Origin: an uncultured Actinomycetota bacterium
GTDB lineage: Bacteria; Actinomycetota; Actinomycetes; Actinomycetales; Microbacteriaceae
Length of the DNA stretch: 64,000 bases
Direction of reading: 5' to 3'
Assembly: GCA_963734315.1 (NCBI GenBank)
Contig: CAVTGP010000006.1
Location: forward strand, 9,338 to 73,337
The position numbers and the translations under genes were made by a program. Under the pieces are notes generated by a model. The model had not been told where the DNA came from. It ran no database searches and was given only the letters and a program-made list of their open reading frames with translations. Positions 51,905-64,000 of the stretch are shown one piece after another (position 1 is the first letter of the stretch; every line of letters begins with the position of its first letter).

Positions 51905-54542
51905 TCAGGGTGTGAGGGTGAGGGTTTGCGTCGCGGCAGCTGTGACCGCTGCGGGTGAGAACGGCCACGGTCGGGTCTCGCCCCGCGCCCAGAGCGGCGC
52001 CTGGTCGGCGTAGTGCGGGTCGAAGGCGTGCCCGGAGACGCCGGTCAGGTTGATCCAGGTGCTGCGGTCGAAGTCGGCCAGGTCGATGACCATCCGCATC
52101 GACGGCAGCGCGGTCGACCTGATAGCCGACCGAGGCGTCCCAGCCGGTCGCGTCCACGACGCTGGAGCCGCCGCCGACCGGGTACGGACCGCGGTTGAAC
52201 AGCCACTCGATCGGCGCGACACCGGACGAGCCGAAGCGACGCATTGGCCAGCTCCAGGGTGTGGAGGCCGTCCCACCGCCAGTCCTTCGCATCGCCGCCG
52301 AGCCGACTCTGCGCCTCCTTCCAGGCCTGGTCGGCGGCGTGACGCGAACATGTCGTCGCGGCTCGGACGTGCCGAGCTGTGCTGTCGGCCCACCAGGCGA
52401 GGCCGGCTGCTGGGCGAGCGCGTCGCACGACCGCGAACCAGCGGTCGCCCCCGTCGGCGGGGCGGACGCCGGCAGCTTCGCGCGAAGGCGTCGGCGAGCA
52501 GGTGCTGCCAGAACACCGCTGAAGTAGGCGGCTGCGGCGCTGTCGCCGTCGTCGTGGTAGTCCCAGCCGCGCAGCAGCGCCGCACCTCGCGCGGCACCGG
52601 ACGCGGATCCGACGCGCGCCGACCGCGAGCAGGATCGGGACGAGCGCGGCCGCGATCGCGTCGTAGGTGTCCGACTGGATGGCGGACATGTCGTCGACGT
52701 CGACCTTGCTGCCGGACTCGACCAGCTTGTTCAGCCGCACCTCGATCTGGTTGGCGCGGTAGCCGTACGTCCCAGTCCTCGGTGATCATGGTGCGGGAAC
52801 CCGCGAGCCGACGGCGGCGTTGTTGGCGGTGACGATGTAGCCGCTCGGCGGGTTGAGCACGATCGGCAGCTCGTCGTACGGGATGGTAGCCCGTCCACCC
52901 GTACGGCTCGTCCAGCCCGGACCGGCACGGTGCCCGTCGCCGCTCGCGCGAACGGGATCAGCCCGGGCGCCTGGTAGCCGATGTTGCCGTCCACGTCGGC
53001 GTAGACGAGGTTCTGCGCCGGCACCTCGAAGGACGCGGCCGCCGCGCGGAAGCTCGCCCAGTTCGTGCGCCGTGTCGAAGCGCGAAGATCGCGTCCGCGG
53101 TCGGGCCCGGGGTCGAGCGCGGTCCACGCGCAGCGACAACTGGAACTTCTGCGCGGGCACGCCGAGCTTGCCCGCCTGGTCCTTCGCGATGCGGCGATAG
53201 CCGTCGCTGAGGTCGGTGACGATCGGACCGTGCCGTCGTCGAGCGCACGGTGAGGTGCACCGGCTCGGCCGCCGGCGACCTTGATCGTCTCGTGACGGAT
53301 GGCCAGCGGCTCCTGCTTGCCGTCGTACTCGTAGGTGTTGCCGGTGACCTTCTCGAGGTAGAGGTCGGTGACGTCCGGGCCGAGGTTGGTGAAGCCCCAG
53401 GCGATGCGGTCGTTGTGGCCGATGACGACGCCGGGGACTCCGGAGAAGCTGAAGCCGGCGACGTCGAACGGGCAGTCGCGGCGCGACCGTCGGCAGTGCA
53501 GCCCGACCTGGTACCAGACCGACGGCATCGACGGCGCGAGGTGCGGGTCGTTGGCGAGCAGTCGGTTTGCCGGTCGCCGTGTGGGCGCCCGAGACCACCC
53601 ACGAGTTCGAGCCGATGTCCTGGCCCGCCGGCCCATCAGCTGGGGGAGTGCGTCCAGCTCGACGCCACCTGTTCAGCCGGTCGCTGTACTCGTCCGTCGG
53701 CATCGACGGCGAGGGCGGCGTCGCGTCGGCGGAGGCCGCGGCCGCCGCCGCGGCGGACGCGGTCGGACCGGCGGGTGCGGCGTCCGGTGTCGCCGTGCGC
53801 GGGCGAGCCTCCGCCGATCGGCCGGTGATCGGTCGGGTGCCGGTGTAGGGGTACCGGGATAGAGCTGCGTCGACCTGCGTCGGGCGTCAGCTTCGTCGGC
53901 CAGCAGGGCGCGGTCGATCTCGTCCTCCAGGTTGCGAGCGGAGGTCCCAGGCCATCGCCTTGAGCCAGACGACCGAGTCGACCGGCGTCCACGGCTCGGG
54001 CTGGTAGCCCGGGCTCTGGAGGCCGAGCACCGCGTACTCGAGGCTCAGCTCGGCGCCCGATGCGGTCGGCGAGGTAGGCGTTGACGCCGTCCGCGTAGTC
54101 CTGGTAGTACCGCAGCGCTGTCTTGTCGAGCAGCGTCGACCTCCTGCTCGGCGACCTGCCGCCAGCCGATCGTCCGGATGAAGGTGTCGGTGGCGAGCTG
54201 GCTCGCGCCGAACAGCTCGGAGAGGCGTCCGGACGTGACGTGGCGGCGGAAGTCCATCTCCCAGAACCGGTCCTGCGCGTGCACGTAGCCCTGGGCGCGG
54301 AAGAGGTCGTCCGCCGTGCGCGCGGTGATCTGCGGAACGCCGGCGGAGTCGCGCGCGACCGTGACCGGCGCGCTCAGCCCGGTCAGCTTCAGGGTGCCGG
54401 AGGTCTGCGGGAAGGAACGCATGACCGTCCAGATGCCGAGGCCCCCCGCGAGGACGCCCAGTACGAGCAGCACTGCGAGGGTCACGCCCAGCGTCCGGAG
54501 CACGCGATGGTGCAGCCTCAGTCGAGAAGTGTCGTCGCCCAC
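51905..54542 (-). CDS. Penicillin acylase family (Ntn-hydrolase S45) protein with an N-terminal TM anchor; many apparent frameshifts
   Basis: RD..GVPQI; AQGYVHAQDRFWEMD; catalytic GSNSWVV; ANDPHL; IGHNDRIAWGFTN; QNLVYAD; TANN; PSMRMVIDL; GVSGH. Fragments lie in all three frames. Confidence 0.85.
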
Positions 54543-54624
54543 GGTCCTCCTCACGTCGATGAGGCGCTTCCTCGGACTCTAACCCACGCGGGTGACGTCG
54601 CGGAGGTGTCGGGTGAGGGGCGGG

Positions 54625-55248
54625 TCAGCGCGAGGTGAGGGCGGCCCAAGCCATCCGCTCGAGCACCGGGCGCACCGAGGCGTCGGTGGTGCGCGACGTG
54701 CCGGCGCGAGCTGAGTGCGGCGTCGAGTTGATGAGCCCGAAAGTGGCCTGGACCCTGAGCCGCAGCTCGTCGGCCCCGAGCGACGGGTGGAGGTCGCCGA
54801 GCACGCGCATCCACAGCTCGATGTAGCGACGCTGGAGGGTGCGCACAGCCCGGCGCTCGGCGAGGGCGAGGGCGTCGAGGTCGCGGTCCTGCACGCGGAT
54901 CGTATCGGCCTCCGTCAGCGCGAAGTCGACGTGGAAGGCGATCAGCCCGCGAAGCGCGCCGGCCGGATCGACCGCCTGCTTCTCCACGGCGGCGCCGCCT
55001 TCGAGGAGGTTCTCGCTGACCCCGACGAGGAGCGCGGCGAGCACGGCCCGCTTGGAGGCGAAGTGCCGGTAGACGGCGGGGCCGCTGATTCCGGCCGCCG
55101 ACCCCAGGTCTTCGATGGAGACCCCGTTGAAGCCGCGCTCTGCGAACAGGCCGGCCGCTGCGTCGAGCAGGGCGGCGCGTCGATCGGCCTTGGCCTGGCT
55201 GCGCTGCGTGGGGCGCGCGAGCGGTTCTGCCGGGACGGTCTCGGTCAT
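54625..55248 (-). CDS. TetR-family regulator (BkaR/Fad35R-like)
   Basis: AAGLFAERGF..VSIEDLGSAAGISGPAVYRHFASK; FGLINSTPHS; divergent from the acyl-CoA carboxylase cluster. Confidence 0.9.
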   Translation of the reverse strand: MTETVPAEPLARPTQRSQAKADRRAALLDAAAGLFAERGFNGVSIEDLGSAAGISGPAVYRHFASKRAVLAALLVGVSENLLEGGAAVEKQAVDPAGALRGLIAFHVDFALTEADTIRVQDRDLDALALAERRAVRTLQRRYIELWMRVLGDLHPSLGADELRLRVQATFGLINSTPHSARAGTSRTTDASVRPVLERMAWAALTSR

Positions 55249-55295
55249 GGCGGTCGCTTTCGCACGGTTCCCCGACGGGCGGGCTGGACAATCGG

Positions 55296-55339
55296 GTTAA
55301 TGAACACTAACCTAAATTCGAGTTAGTGACCACTAACTC
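55296..55339. promoter_or_regulatory. Two palindromic TetR (BkaR-type) operators
   Basis: GTTAATGAACACTAAC (55296-55311) and GAGTTAGTGACCACTAACTC (55320-55339, 9-bp perfect arms). Both fit GTTANT-N4-ANTAAC. Confidence 0.82.
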
Positions 55340-55364
55340 ATGTCGACGAAGACGTGGGAGCACC

Positions 55365-56966
55365 ATGACGCTGAGCACGGTTTCGAGCGCGGCCCCGGCC
55401 TCCGAGCGCGACGGCGCGGCCCAGCGCGCGCTGGTCGCCGAGCTCCGCGAACGTCTGCGCGTTGCGGCGGCCGGCGGGCCGGAGAGGGCGCGCGAGCGTC
55501 ACATCGGTCGCGGCAAGCTCCTGCCGCGCGACCGGATCGACACTCTCCTCGACGAGGGCAGCCCGTTCCTCGAGATCGCCCCGCTCGCCGCGACCGGGAT
55601 GTACGACGACGAAAGCCCGGCCGCCGGCGTCATCGCCGGGATCGGTGTCGTGGAAGGCCGCCACGTGATGATCGTGTGCAACGACGCCACGGTGAAGGGC
55701 GGCACGTACTACCCGATGACGGTGAAGAAACACCTCCGGGCGCAAGAGATCGCGCTCGAGAACCGCCTCCCGTGCATCTACCTCGTCGACTCGGGAGGCG
55801 CGTTCCTTCCGATGCAGGACGAGGTGTTCCCCGACCGCGACCACTTCGGCCGCATCTTCTACAACCAGTCCCGGCTGTCGGCGGCGAAGATTCCGCAGAT
55901 CGCCGCCGTGCTGGGCTCGTGCACCGCGGGAGGCGCGTACGTCCCCGCCATGAGCGACGAGACCGTCATCGTCCGCAACCAGGGCACGATCTTCCTGGGC
56001 GGGCCTCCCCTCGTGAAGGCCGCGATCGGCGAAGTGGTGACCGCGGAGGAGCTGGGCGGCGGCGACCTTCACGCCCGCACCTCTGGCGTCGTGGACCACC
56101 TGGCCGAAGACGACGAGCATGCGCTCGCCATCGTGCGCGAGATCGTGGCAACGCTGCCGAGGCCGACTGCTCCGGCCTGGGAGGTTCTCCCCACGCGCGG
56201 GCCGCGAGGAGACGCCGAGGAGCTCTACGGTGTCGTCCCCGTCGACGTGCAGGCGCCGTACGACGTGCACGAGGTGATCACCCGCCTCGTGGACGCCGGC
56301 GAGTTCAGCGAGTTCAAGCCCGAGTACGGCACGACGCTGGTCACCGGCTTCGCGCGCATCCACGGGCATCCCGTCGGCATCGTCGCCAACAACGGCGTGC
56401 TCTTCAGCGAGTCGGCCCTCAAGGGCGCGCACTTCATCGAGCTGTGCGATCAGCGCGGCATCCCGCTGGTGTTCCTGCAGAACATCTCGGGGTTCATGGT
56501 CGGGCGCGACTACGAGGCGGGAGGCATCGCCAAGAACGGCGCGAAGATGGTCACCGCCGTCGCCACCACCCGGGTGCCGAAGCTCACGGTGGTGATCGGC
56601 GGATCGTTCGGCGCGGGCAACTACTCGATGTGCGGCCGTGCCTATTCGCCCCGCTTCCTCTGGATGTGGCCGGCCTCCCGCATCTCGGTCATGGGCGGCC
56701 AGCAGGCGGCGAACGTGCTCGCGACCGTCAAGCGCGACCAGCTCGAGGCGCGCGGCGAGGAGTGGAGCGTGCAGGACGAGACGGCCTTCAAAGCCCCGAT
56801 CGCGGCGCAGTACGAAGACCAGGGCAATCCCTACTACTCCACGGCCCGGCTGTGGGACGACGGCGTCATCGATCCGGCCGAGACCCGCACGGTCCTCGGC
56901 CTCGCGCTCGACGTGTGCTCGCGCGCACCGCTTCCCGACACGGCCTTCGGCCTCTTCCGGATGTGA
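55365..56966 (+). CDS. 3-methylcrotonyl-CoA carboxylase beta subunit (AccD1/LiuB-like)
   Basis: [10 protein letters not shown]; [10 protein letters not shown]; [11 protein letters not shown]; [13 protein letters not shown]; [10 protein letters not shown]; TARLWDDG; FGLFRM. Confidence 0.93.
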   Translation: MTLSTVSSAAPASERDGAAQRALVAELRERLRVAAAGGPERARERHIGRGKLLPRDRIDTLLDEGSPFLEIAPLAATGMYDDESPAAGVIAGIGVVEGRHVMIVCNDATVKGGTYYPMTVKKHLRAQEIALENRLPCIYLVDSGGAFLPMQDEVFPDRDHFGRIFYNQSRLSAAKIPQIAAVLGSCTAGGAYVPAMSDETVIVRNQGTIFLGGPPLVKAAIGEVVTAEELGGGDLHARTSGVVDHLAEDDEHALAIVREIVATLPRPTAPAWEVLPTRGPRGDAEELYGVVPVDVQAPYDVHEVITRLVDAGEFSEFKPEYGTTLVTGFARIHGHPVGIVANNGVLFSESALKGAHFIELCDQRGIPLVFLQNISGFMVGRDYEAGGIAKNGAKMVTAVATTRVPKLTVVIGGSFGAGNYSMCGRAYSPRFLWMWPASRISVMGGQQAANVLATVKRDQLEARGEEWSVQDETAFKAPIAAQYEDQGNPYYSTARLWDDGVIDPAETRTVLGLALDVCSRAPLPDTAFGLFRM

Positions 56967-56971
56967 TGGCG

Positions 56972-59190
<2,219 letters not shown>

Positions 59191-59194
<4 letters not shown>

Positions 59195-60396
59195 CCATGC
59201 AGATGTCCCGCCCAGCCGACCTCGACGTCGCCGGCTTCGAGCTCACCGCCGAGCAGCGCCGCCTCCGCGACGAGGTGCGCGACTTCGCCGACACCGTCGT
59301 CGCACCGGCAGCCTACGAGTACGACACCAAGCGCAGCCTCCCGTACGGCATCATCGCCGAGATGGGCCGGATGGGCCTCTTCGGTCTGCCGTTCCCCGTC
59401 GAGTACGGCGGCCAGGGCAAGGACTACTTCTCGCTCTGCCTCGCGGTGGAGCAGCTCGGCCGGGTCGACCAGTCGATCGGCGTGACACTGGAGGCCGGCG
59501 TCGGGCTCGGCGCGATGCCGATCTTCCGCAGCGGCACCGAGGAGCAGAAGCAGAAGTGGCTGCCGATGCTGGCCCGCGGCGAGGCGCTCGCCGGGTTCGG
59601 CCTGACGGAGGCCGACGCCGGCTCCGACGCCTCCGGCACCAAGACCACGGCCGTGCTGCGCGACGGCGAGTGGGTGATCGACGGCACCAAGCAGTTCATC
59701 ACCAACTCCGGCTCCGAGATCACGAAGCTCGTGACGATCACCGCGGTGACCGGCGAGGACCGCCGGACCGACGGCTCGATCAAGAAGGAGCTCTCGGCGA
59801 TCATCGTCCCCACCGGCACACCCGGCTTCGTCGCCGAGCCGGTCTACGACAAGGTCGGCTGGCACACCTCCGACACCCACCCGCTCACGCTGACGGACGT
59901 GCGCGTCCCGGAGGCCAACCTCCTCGGGGAGCGCGGCCGCGGCTACGCGAACTTCGTCGCGACCCTCGACGAGGGCCGGGTGGCGTTCGCCGCCCTCTGC
60001 ACGGGCGCCGCGCAAGGCTGCCTCGAGGAGGCGATCCGCTACGCGAAGAGCCGCAATGTGTTCGGCCGCCCGATTGGCTCCAACCAGCACATCGCCTTCA
60101 AGATCGCGCGCATGCAGGCCCGCGTGCACGCGGCACGATTGGCCTACTACGACGCGGCGTTCAAGCTGGTCGCCGGCGTGCCGTTCAAGATGGAGGCCTC
60201 GATCGCCAAGCTGATCGGCAGCGAGGCCGCCATGGACAACGCGCGCGACGCGACCCAGATCTTCGGCGGCTACGGCTTCCTCAACGAGAGCCCGGTCGCG
60301 CGCCACTACCGCGACTCGAAGATCCTCGAGATCGGCGAGGGCACGAGCGAGGTCCAGCTCATGGTCATCTCGCGCGCCCTCGGCTTCGAATCGTGA
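59191..60396 (+). CDS. Acyl-CoA dehydrogenase (FadE19 / isovaleryl-CoA dehydrogenase-like)
   Basis: FGLTEADAGSDA; GTKQFITNSG; KVGWHTSDT; QIFGGYG; EIGEGTSEVQ. Confidence 0.92.
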
Positions 60397-60409
60397 CCTG
60401 CCCAACCGC

Positions 60410-60466
60410 CGAGTACGCGATTAGTCTGCCTACTCGGCGGGATCGGGCGTACTTCGTGCGTACTCG
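60410..60466. repeat. Imperfect palindromic (REP-like) intergenic element
   Basis: Terminal arms CGAGTACGC / GCGTACTCG, with further partial pairing inward. Confidence 0.55.
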
Positions 60467-60493
60467 ACTGCGGGAGACAGGGGAGGGACGAGC

Positions 60494-61282
60494 GTGATCG
60501 ACAAGACGGTGAGCAGCGCGGCGGAGGCGGTCGCCGACATCCCGAGCGGCAGCAGCCTCGCCGTGGGCGGCTTCGGGCTGTGCGGCATCCCGAGCGCGCT
60601 CATCCAGGCGCTGTTGGAGGCCGGCACGACCGACCTCGAGGTGGTCAGCAACAACTGCGGTGTCGACGACTGGGGTCTCGGCCTGCTGCTCGCCGAGCGC
60701 AGGATCCGCAAGATGATCAGCTCGTACGTCGGCGAGAACAAGGAGTTCGCGCGGCAGTTCCTCTCCGGCGAGCTGGAGGTCGAGCTGACCCCGCAGGGCA
60801 CGCTCGCCGAGAAGCTGCGCGCGGGCGGCGCGGGCATCCCGGCGTTCTACACGCCGGCCGGGGTCGGCACCCAGATCGCTCTCGGCGGCCTCCCTCGGCG
60901 CTACAGCGCCGACGGCTCCATCGCCGTCGCGAGCGAGCCGAAGGAGGTGCGCGAGTTCGACGGGGCGTCGTACGTCCTGGAGCGCTCGCTGCGCCCGGAC
61001 TTCGCCCTGGTGCACGCCGCGAAGGGCGACCGGCACGGCAACCTGGTGTTCCACGCCGCCGCGATGAACTTCAACCCGCTCGCGGCGATGGCGGGGGGCA
61101 TCACGGTCGCCGAGGTCGAGGAGCTGGTCGAGCCCGGCGAGCTCGAGCCGGGGGAGGTGCACCTGCCGGGGATCTTCGTGCAGCGCGTCGTGCACGCGCC
61201 CGACGTCGAGAAGCGCATCGAACGGCGCACGGTGTCCGAACCGGTGACCGCGGCCTCCGGCCGGGAAGGGAGCGATCGATGA
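60494..61282 (+). CDS. scoA: 3-oxoacid CoA-transferase subunit A
   Basis: GGFGLCGIP; SSYVGENK; [21 protein letters not shown]; GNLVF...NFNP. Confidence 0.93.
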   Translation: MIDKTVSSAAEAVADIPSGSSLAVGGFGLCGIPSALIQALLEAGTTDLEVVSNNCGVDDWGLGLLLAERRIRKMISSYVGENKEFARQFLSGELEVELTPQGTLAEKLRAGGAGIPAFYTPAGVGTQIALGGLPRRYSADGSIAVASEPKEVREFDGASYVLERSLRPDFALVHAAKGDRHGNLVFHAAAMNFNPLAAMAGGITVAEVEELVEPGELEPGEVHLPGIFVQRVVHAPDVEKRIERRTVSEPVTAASGREGSDR

Positions 61283-61926
61283 GCCTCACGCGCACCGAAC
61301 TCGCCGCGCGGGTCGCGCGCGAGTTGCAGAACGGTCAGTACGTCAACCTCGGCATCGGAATGCCGACCCTGATCCCCAACTACATCCCGGAGGGCGTCGA
61401 AGTCATCCTGCATTCCGAGAACGGAGTCCTGGGCGTCGGCCCCTACCCCGTCGACGCCGATGTGGACCCGGATCTGATCAACGCGGGCAAGGAGACCGTC
61501 ACCGTCGAGCGCGGCGCCGCCTACTTCGACTCCTCGCTGTCGTTCGGGATGGTCCGCGGCGGCCATGTGGACGTCGCCGTGCTGGGCGCGATGGAGGTCT
61601 CGGCCTCCGGCGACCTGGCCAACTGGATGATCCCGGGCAAGATGGTGAAGGGCATGGGCGGGGCGATGGATCTGGTGTTCGGCGCCAAGCGGCTCATCGT
61701 GATGATGGAGCACGTCGACAAAGAGGGCCGCCCCAAGATCCTCGCCGAGTGCACCCTGCCGCTCACCGGCACGGGCTGCGTCGACCGGGTCATCACCGAC
61801 CTCGCGGTCATCGACGTGACGCCGGCCGGGCTCGTCCTGCGCGAGACGGCGCCGGGGGTCACGGTCGAGGAGGTGGTGGCGGCGACGGGTGCGTCGCTGG
61901 CGGTGGAATTGGAGGCGGCGTCGTGA
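61279..61926 (+). CDS. scoB: 3-oxoacid CoA-transferase subunit B
   Basis: VNLGIGMPT; catalytic HSENG; INAGK; GMGGAMDLV; CTLPLTG. Confidence 0.93.
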   Translation: MSLTRTELAARVARELQNGQYVNLGIGMPTLIPNYIPEGVEVILHSENGVLGVGPYPVDADVDPDLINAGKETVTVERGAAYFDSSLSFGMVRGGHVDVAVLGAMEVSASGDLANWMIPGKMVKGMGGAMDLVFGAKRLIVMMEHVDKEGRPKILAECTLPLTGTGCVDRVITDLAVIDVTPAGLVLRETAPGVTVEEVVAATGASLAVELEAAS

Positions 61927-61939
61927 GGGAGGCGGCATC

Positions 61940-62428
61940 ATGAAGGAGATCGAGCAGCGCGGACTCTACTTCGAGGAGTTCGAGCTGGAGACCCGCTATC
62001 TGCACCGGCCGGGACGGACGGTGACGGAGGCCGACAACGTTCTCTTCACCACGCTCACGATGAACACCCAGGCCCTGCACCTCGACGCGGCCTGGTCGGC
62101 ACGGCAGCCCTTCGGCACGCGGCTGATGAACTCGATGTGGACGCTCGCCACCATCGTCGGCGCCTCGGTCGCCCAGCTGACCCAGGGCACGATCGTCGCG
62201 AACCTCGGGTTTGCGGAGGTCGCGTTCCCGCATCCGCTGTACCACGGCGACACCCTCTACTCGGAGACGACGGTGACGGCCAAACGGCTGTCGGCCTCCC
62301 GTCCCGGCCAGGGGATCGTCACGCTCGAGCACACCGGCCGCAACCAGGACGGCGTGGTCGTCGCCACGGCGACCCGCCAGGTGATGGTCTGGTGCAAGGA
62401 CGTCCACCTCGGGACGGCCGGCGAATGA
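61940..62428 (+). CDS. MaoC-family (R)-specific dehydratase (Rv2499c-like)
   Basis: RGLYFEEF; HRPGRTVTEADNVLF..LTMN.QALHLD; VANLGF; PLYHGDTL. Confidence 0.9.
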   Translation: MKEIEQRGLYFEEFELETRYLHRPGRTVTEADNVLFTTLTMNTQALHLDAAWSARQPFGTRLMNSMWTLATIVGASVAQLTQGTIVANLGFAEVAFPHPLYHGDTLYSETTVTAKRLSASRPGQGIVTLEHTGRNQDGVVVATATRQVMVWCKDVHLGTAGE

Positions 62429-63282
62429 CGGCCGGGTCTCCGGCCGGCTTTCCCGCCGGCTTTCCGCCTGCCTTCCCGTGGGGGCCGGCGTTGCTCTTCT
62501 GCCCGGGCGATCGACCTGACCGGTACGCCAAGGCCCTCGAGCGTGCCGACGCGGTCATCCTCGACCTCGAGGACGCCGTCGAGCCCTCCCGTCGCAGGGT
62601 CGCACGGGAGGCGATCGCCGGGTCCGACCTCGATCCGGCGCGGGTGATCGTTCGGGTCAATCGCTCGGGTACCGACGATCAGGCGGCCGACCTCGCCGCC
62701 CTGGCCCTCACGCCCTACCGCGCCGTCATGCTCCCGAAGGCCGAGCGCGTGACCGACCTCGCCGTGCTGAGCGGGCTCGACGTGATCGCGCTGTGTGAGA
62801 CCGCCGTCGGCGTGTGCGCTGCGGGGGACCTCGCCGCCGCCGACGGGGTCGTCGCGCTGATGTGGGGAGCGGAGGATCTCGTCGCGTCGCTCGGCGGCAC
62901 CTCCAGCAGGCACGCCGATGGACGCTACCGCGACGTCGCGCTGCACGCGCGCTCGGAGGTGCTGCTCGCGGCCGGTGCGGCCGGCACGTCGGCGATCGAC
63001 ACCGTGCACCTTGAGATCGCCGATCTGGCGGGCCTCGCGGCCGAGGCGGAGGACGCCGCGGCCGTGGGTTTCGCCGCGACCGCGTGCATCCACCCCTCGC
63101 AGGTGGAGACCGTTCGGCGCGCGTACCGGCCGGACGACGAGCAGGTTCAGGAGGCCGTCGAGCTGCTCGCGGCGGCCGAAGCGGCAGGCGGGGGAGTGTT
63201 CCGGCGCGGCGGCCGGATGGTCGACGAACCGGTCGTCGCACACGCTCGAGCGGTCCTCCGTCGGGCGGCCCGTACGTCGTGA
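62425..63282 (+). CDS. citE: CitE-like acyl-CoA lyase (HpcH/HpaI family)
   Basis: LLFCPGDRPDRY.KA; ILDLEDAV; VRVN; MLPK; ETA; WGAEDL; CIHPSQ; MVDEP. Confidence 0.9.
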   Translation: MTAGSPAGFPAGFPPAFPWGPALLFCPGDRPDRYAKALERADAVILDLEDAVEPSRRRVAREAIAGSDLDPARVIVRVNRSGTDDQAADLAALALTPYRAVMLPKAERVTDLAVLSGLDVIALCETAVGVCAAGDLAAADGVVALMWGAEDLVASLGGTSSRHADGRYRDVALHARSEVLLAAGAAGTSAIDTVHLEIADLAGLAAEAEDAAAVGFAATACIHPSQVETVRRAYRPDDEQVQEAVELLAAAEAAGGGVFRRGGRMVDEPVVAHARAVLRRAARTS

Positions 63283-63381
63283 TGTAACCGTGATAAACGA
63301 TTACGGCGCCGTTCACCGGTTTGGTCGTGCGGTGTCGGCGGCATGCCGTACTCTGCCCTTAACGTTCCAGAGCAGAGCATG

Positions 63382-63397
63382 CTCGAATCGATTCGAG
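63382..63397. promoter_or_regulatory. Perfect 16-bp palindrome upstream of the aldo/keto reductase gene
   Basis: CTCGAATCGATTCGAG in an AT-richer intergenic region. Confidence 0.35.
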
Positions 63398-63453
63398 GCC
63401 ACGGGTCGAGTTCCTGTGTGATAGACACCTCGAACGACTGGAAGGGGGATGAG

Positions 63454-64000
63454 ATGCCACAGCTTCTTCCCCTGCGCTTGCTCGAAACCGTCGGCCTCCG
63501 CACGCCGCCCTCGGCCGCGAGGTCCGCCTCCGGCGACGACGAGACGGTCGCGCCGGTGACGCCGCCGTCGGTGACCTCTGCTCCGGCGACCGCCGTTCCG
63601 CGCGAGGCTGCTTCCGATGCCGAGCGTGGATTCGTCGAGCCGTCGACCGACACAGGCGGCCCGCTCGACATCGATCCCCGGCTCGAGCGCACCGGACCGC
63701 TCTCGGTCATCGCTCCGCGCCGCATCGGCGAGAGCGACCTCGCGGTCTACCCGCTCTCGCTCGGCGCCAGCGTGTTCGGCTGGACGGCCGACGGCGACAC
63801 CTCCCTCGCGATCCTCGACCGCTTCGCCGCACTCGGCGGCGACTTCATCGACACCGCAGACAGCTACGTCGGCGGCCGCAGCGAAGTCCTCATCGGCAAG
63901 TGGATGCGCGAGCGCGGTAACCGCGACGACCTGGTGGTCGCCACCAAGGTGGGCCGCCACCACGAGAACCCCGGCCTCGGCTCGGTCAGCATCGTCCGGG
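63454..64000 (+). CDS. Aldo/keto reductase with a long low-complexity N-terminal extension (runs off the window end)
   Basis: Open frame from ATG 63454: RRIGESDL.V.PLSLG..VFGW, FIDTADSY, SEVLIGKW, VVATKVG. It is absent from the ORF track because there is no stop in the window. Confidence 0.88.
   Translation, partial: MPQLLPLRLLETVGLRTPPSAARSASGDDETVAPVTPPSVTSAPATAVPREAASDAERGFVEPSTDTGGPLDIDPRLERTGPLSVIAPRRIGESDLAVYPLSLGASVFGWTADGDTSLAILDRFAALGGDFIDTADSYVGGRSEVLIGKWMRERGNRDDLVVATKVGRHHENPGLGSVSIVR

Noticed and set aside
51905-54542. Acylase as a genuine pseudogene
   Set aside because: All catalytic motifs, the promoter and the RBS are intact, and the damage is indel-type. Neighbouring dapC and efeU show the same pattern, so sequencing error is more likely; unresolved without reads.

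Overview
64 kb of high-GC actinobacterial chromosome. Gene content and style point to Microbacteriaceae (Leifsonia-like); that assignment is inference. It is mostly metabolic and transport genes. In order: a sugar ABC importer plus GH5-type glycosidase behind a LacI-type operator; a RamB/PrpR-like XRE regulator divergent from aceA-aceB (glyoxylate shunt); a small accessory patch (DUF488, two orphan genes, cupin, AhpD-like, DUF1801, DHA2 MFS); a gluABCD-like amino-acid ABC importer; nrtR-nadA-nadB-nadC-iscS with two NrtR boxes; a tandem glycine riboswitch and gcvTHP; a CPBP protease; two adjacent peptide ABC systems; typA; efeUOB with an IdeR/DtxR box; fdxA-dapC; citrate synthase; a penicillin-acylase-family gene; a BkaR-like TetR regulator with the accD1-accA1-fadE19-scoAB-maoC-citE leucine catabolic cluster; and a truncated aldo/keto reductase. 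Many conserved genes carry indel frameshifts that look like long-read or assembly errors. I saw no rRNA, tRNA, transposase, integrase, prophage or CRISPR array. No unmistakably novel system is evident. The best leads are: (i) a peptide ABC operon whose permease has a triple transmembrane-hairpin insertion and which is interrupted by an antisense membrane-protein gene; (ii) an orphan Myb-like/membrane-anchored gene pair at 10.6-11.6 kb; (iii) a RamB-like regulator with an atypical Cys cluster and a non-canonical operator; (iv) a set of short REP-like palindromic elements. All family calls come from motif recognition by eye, not from database searches.
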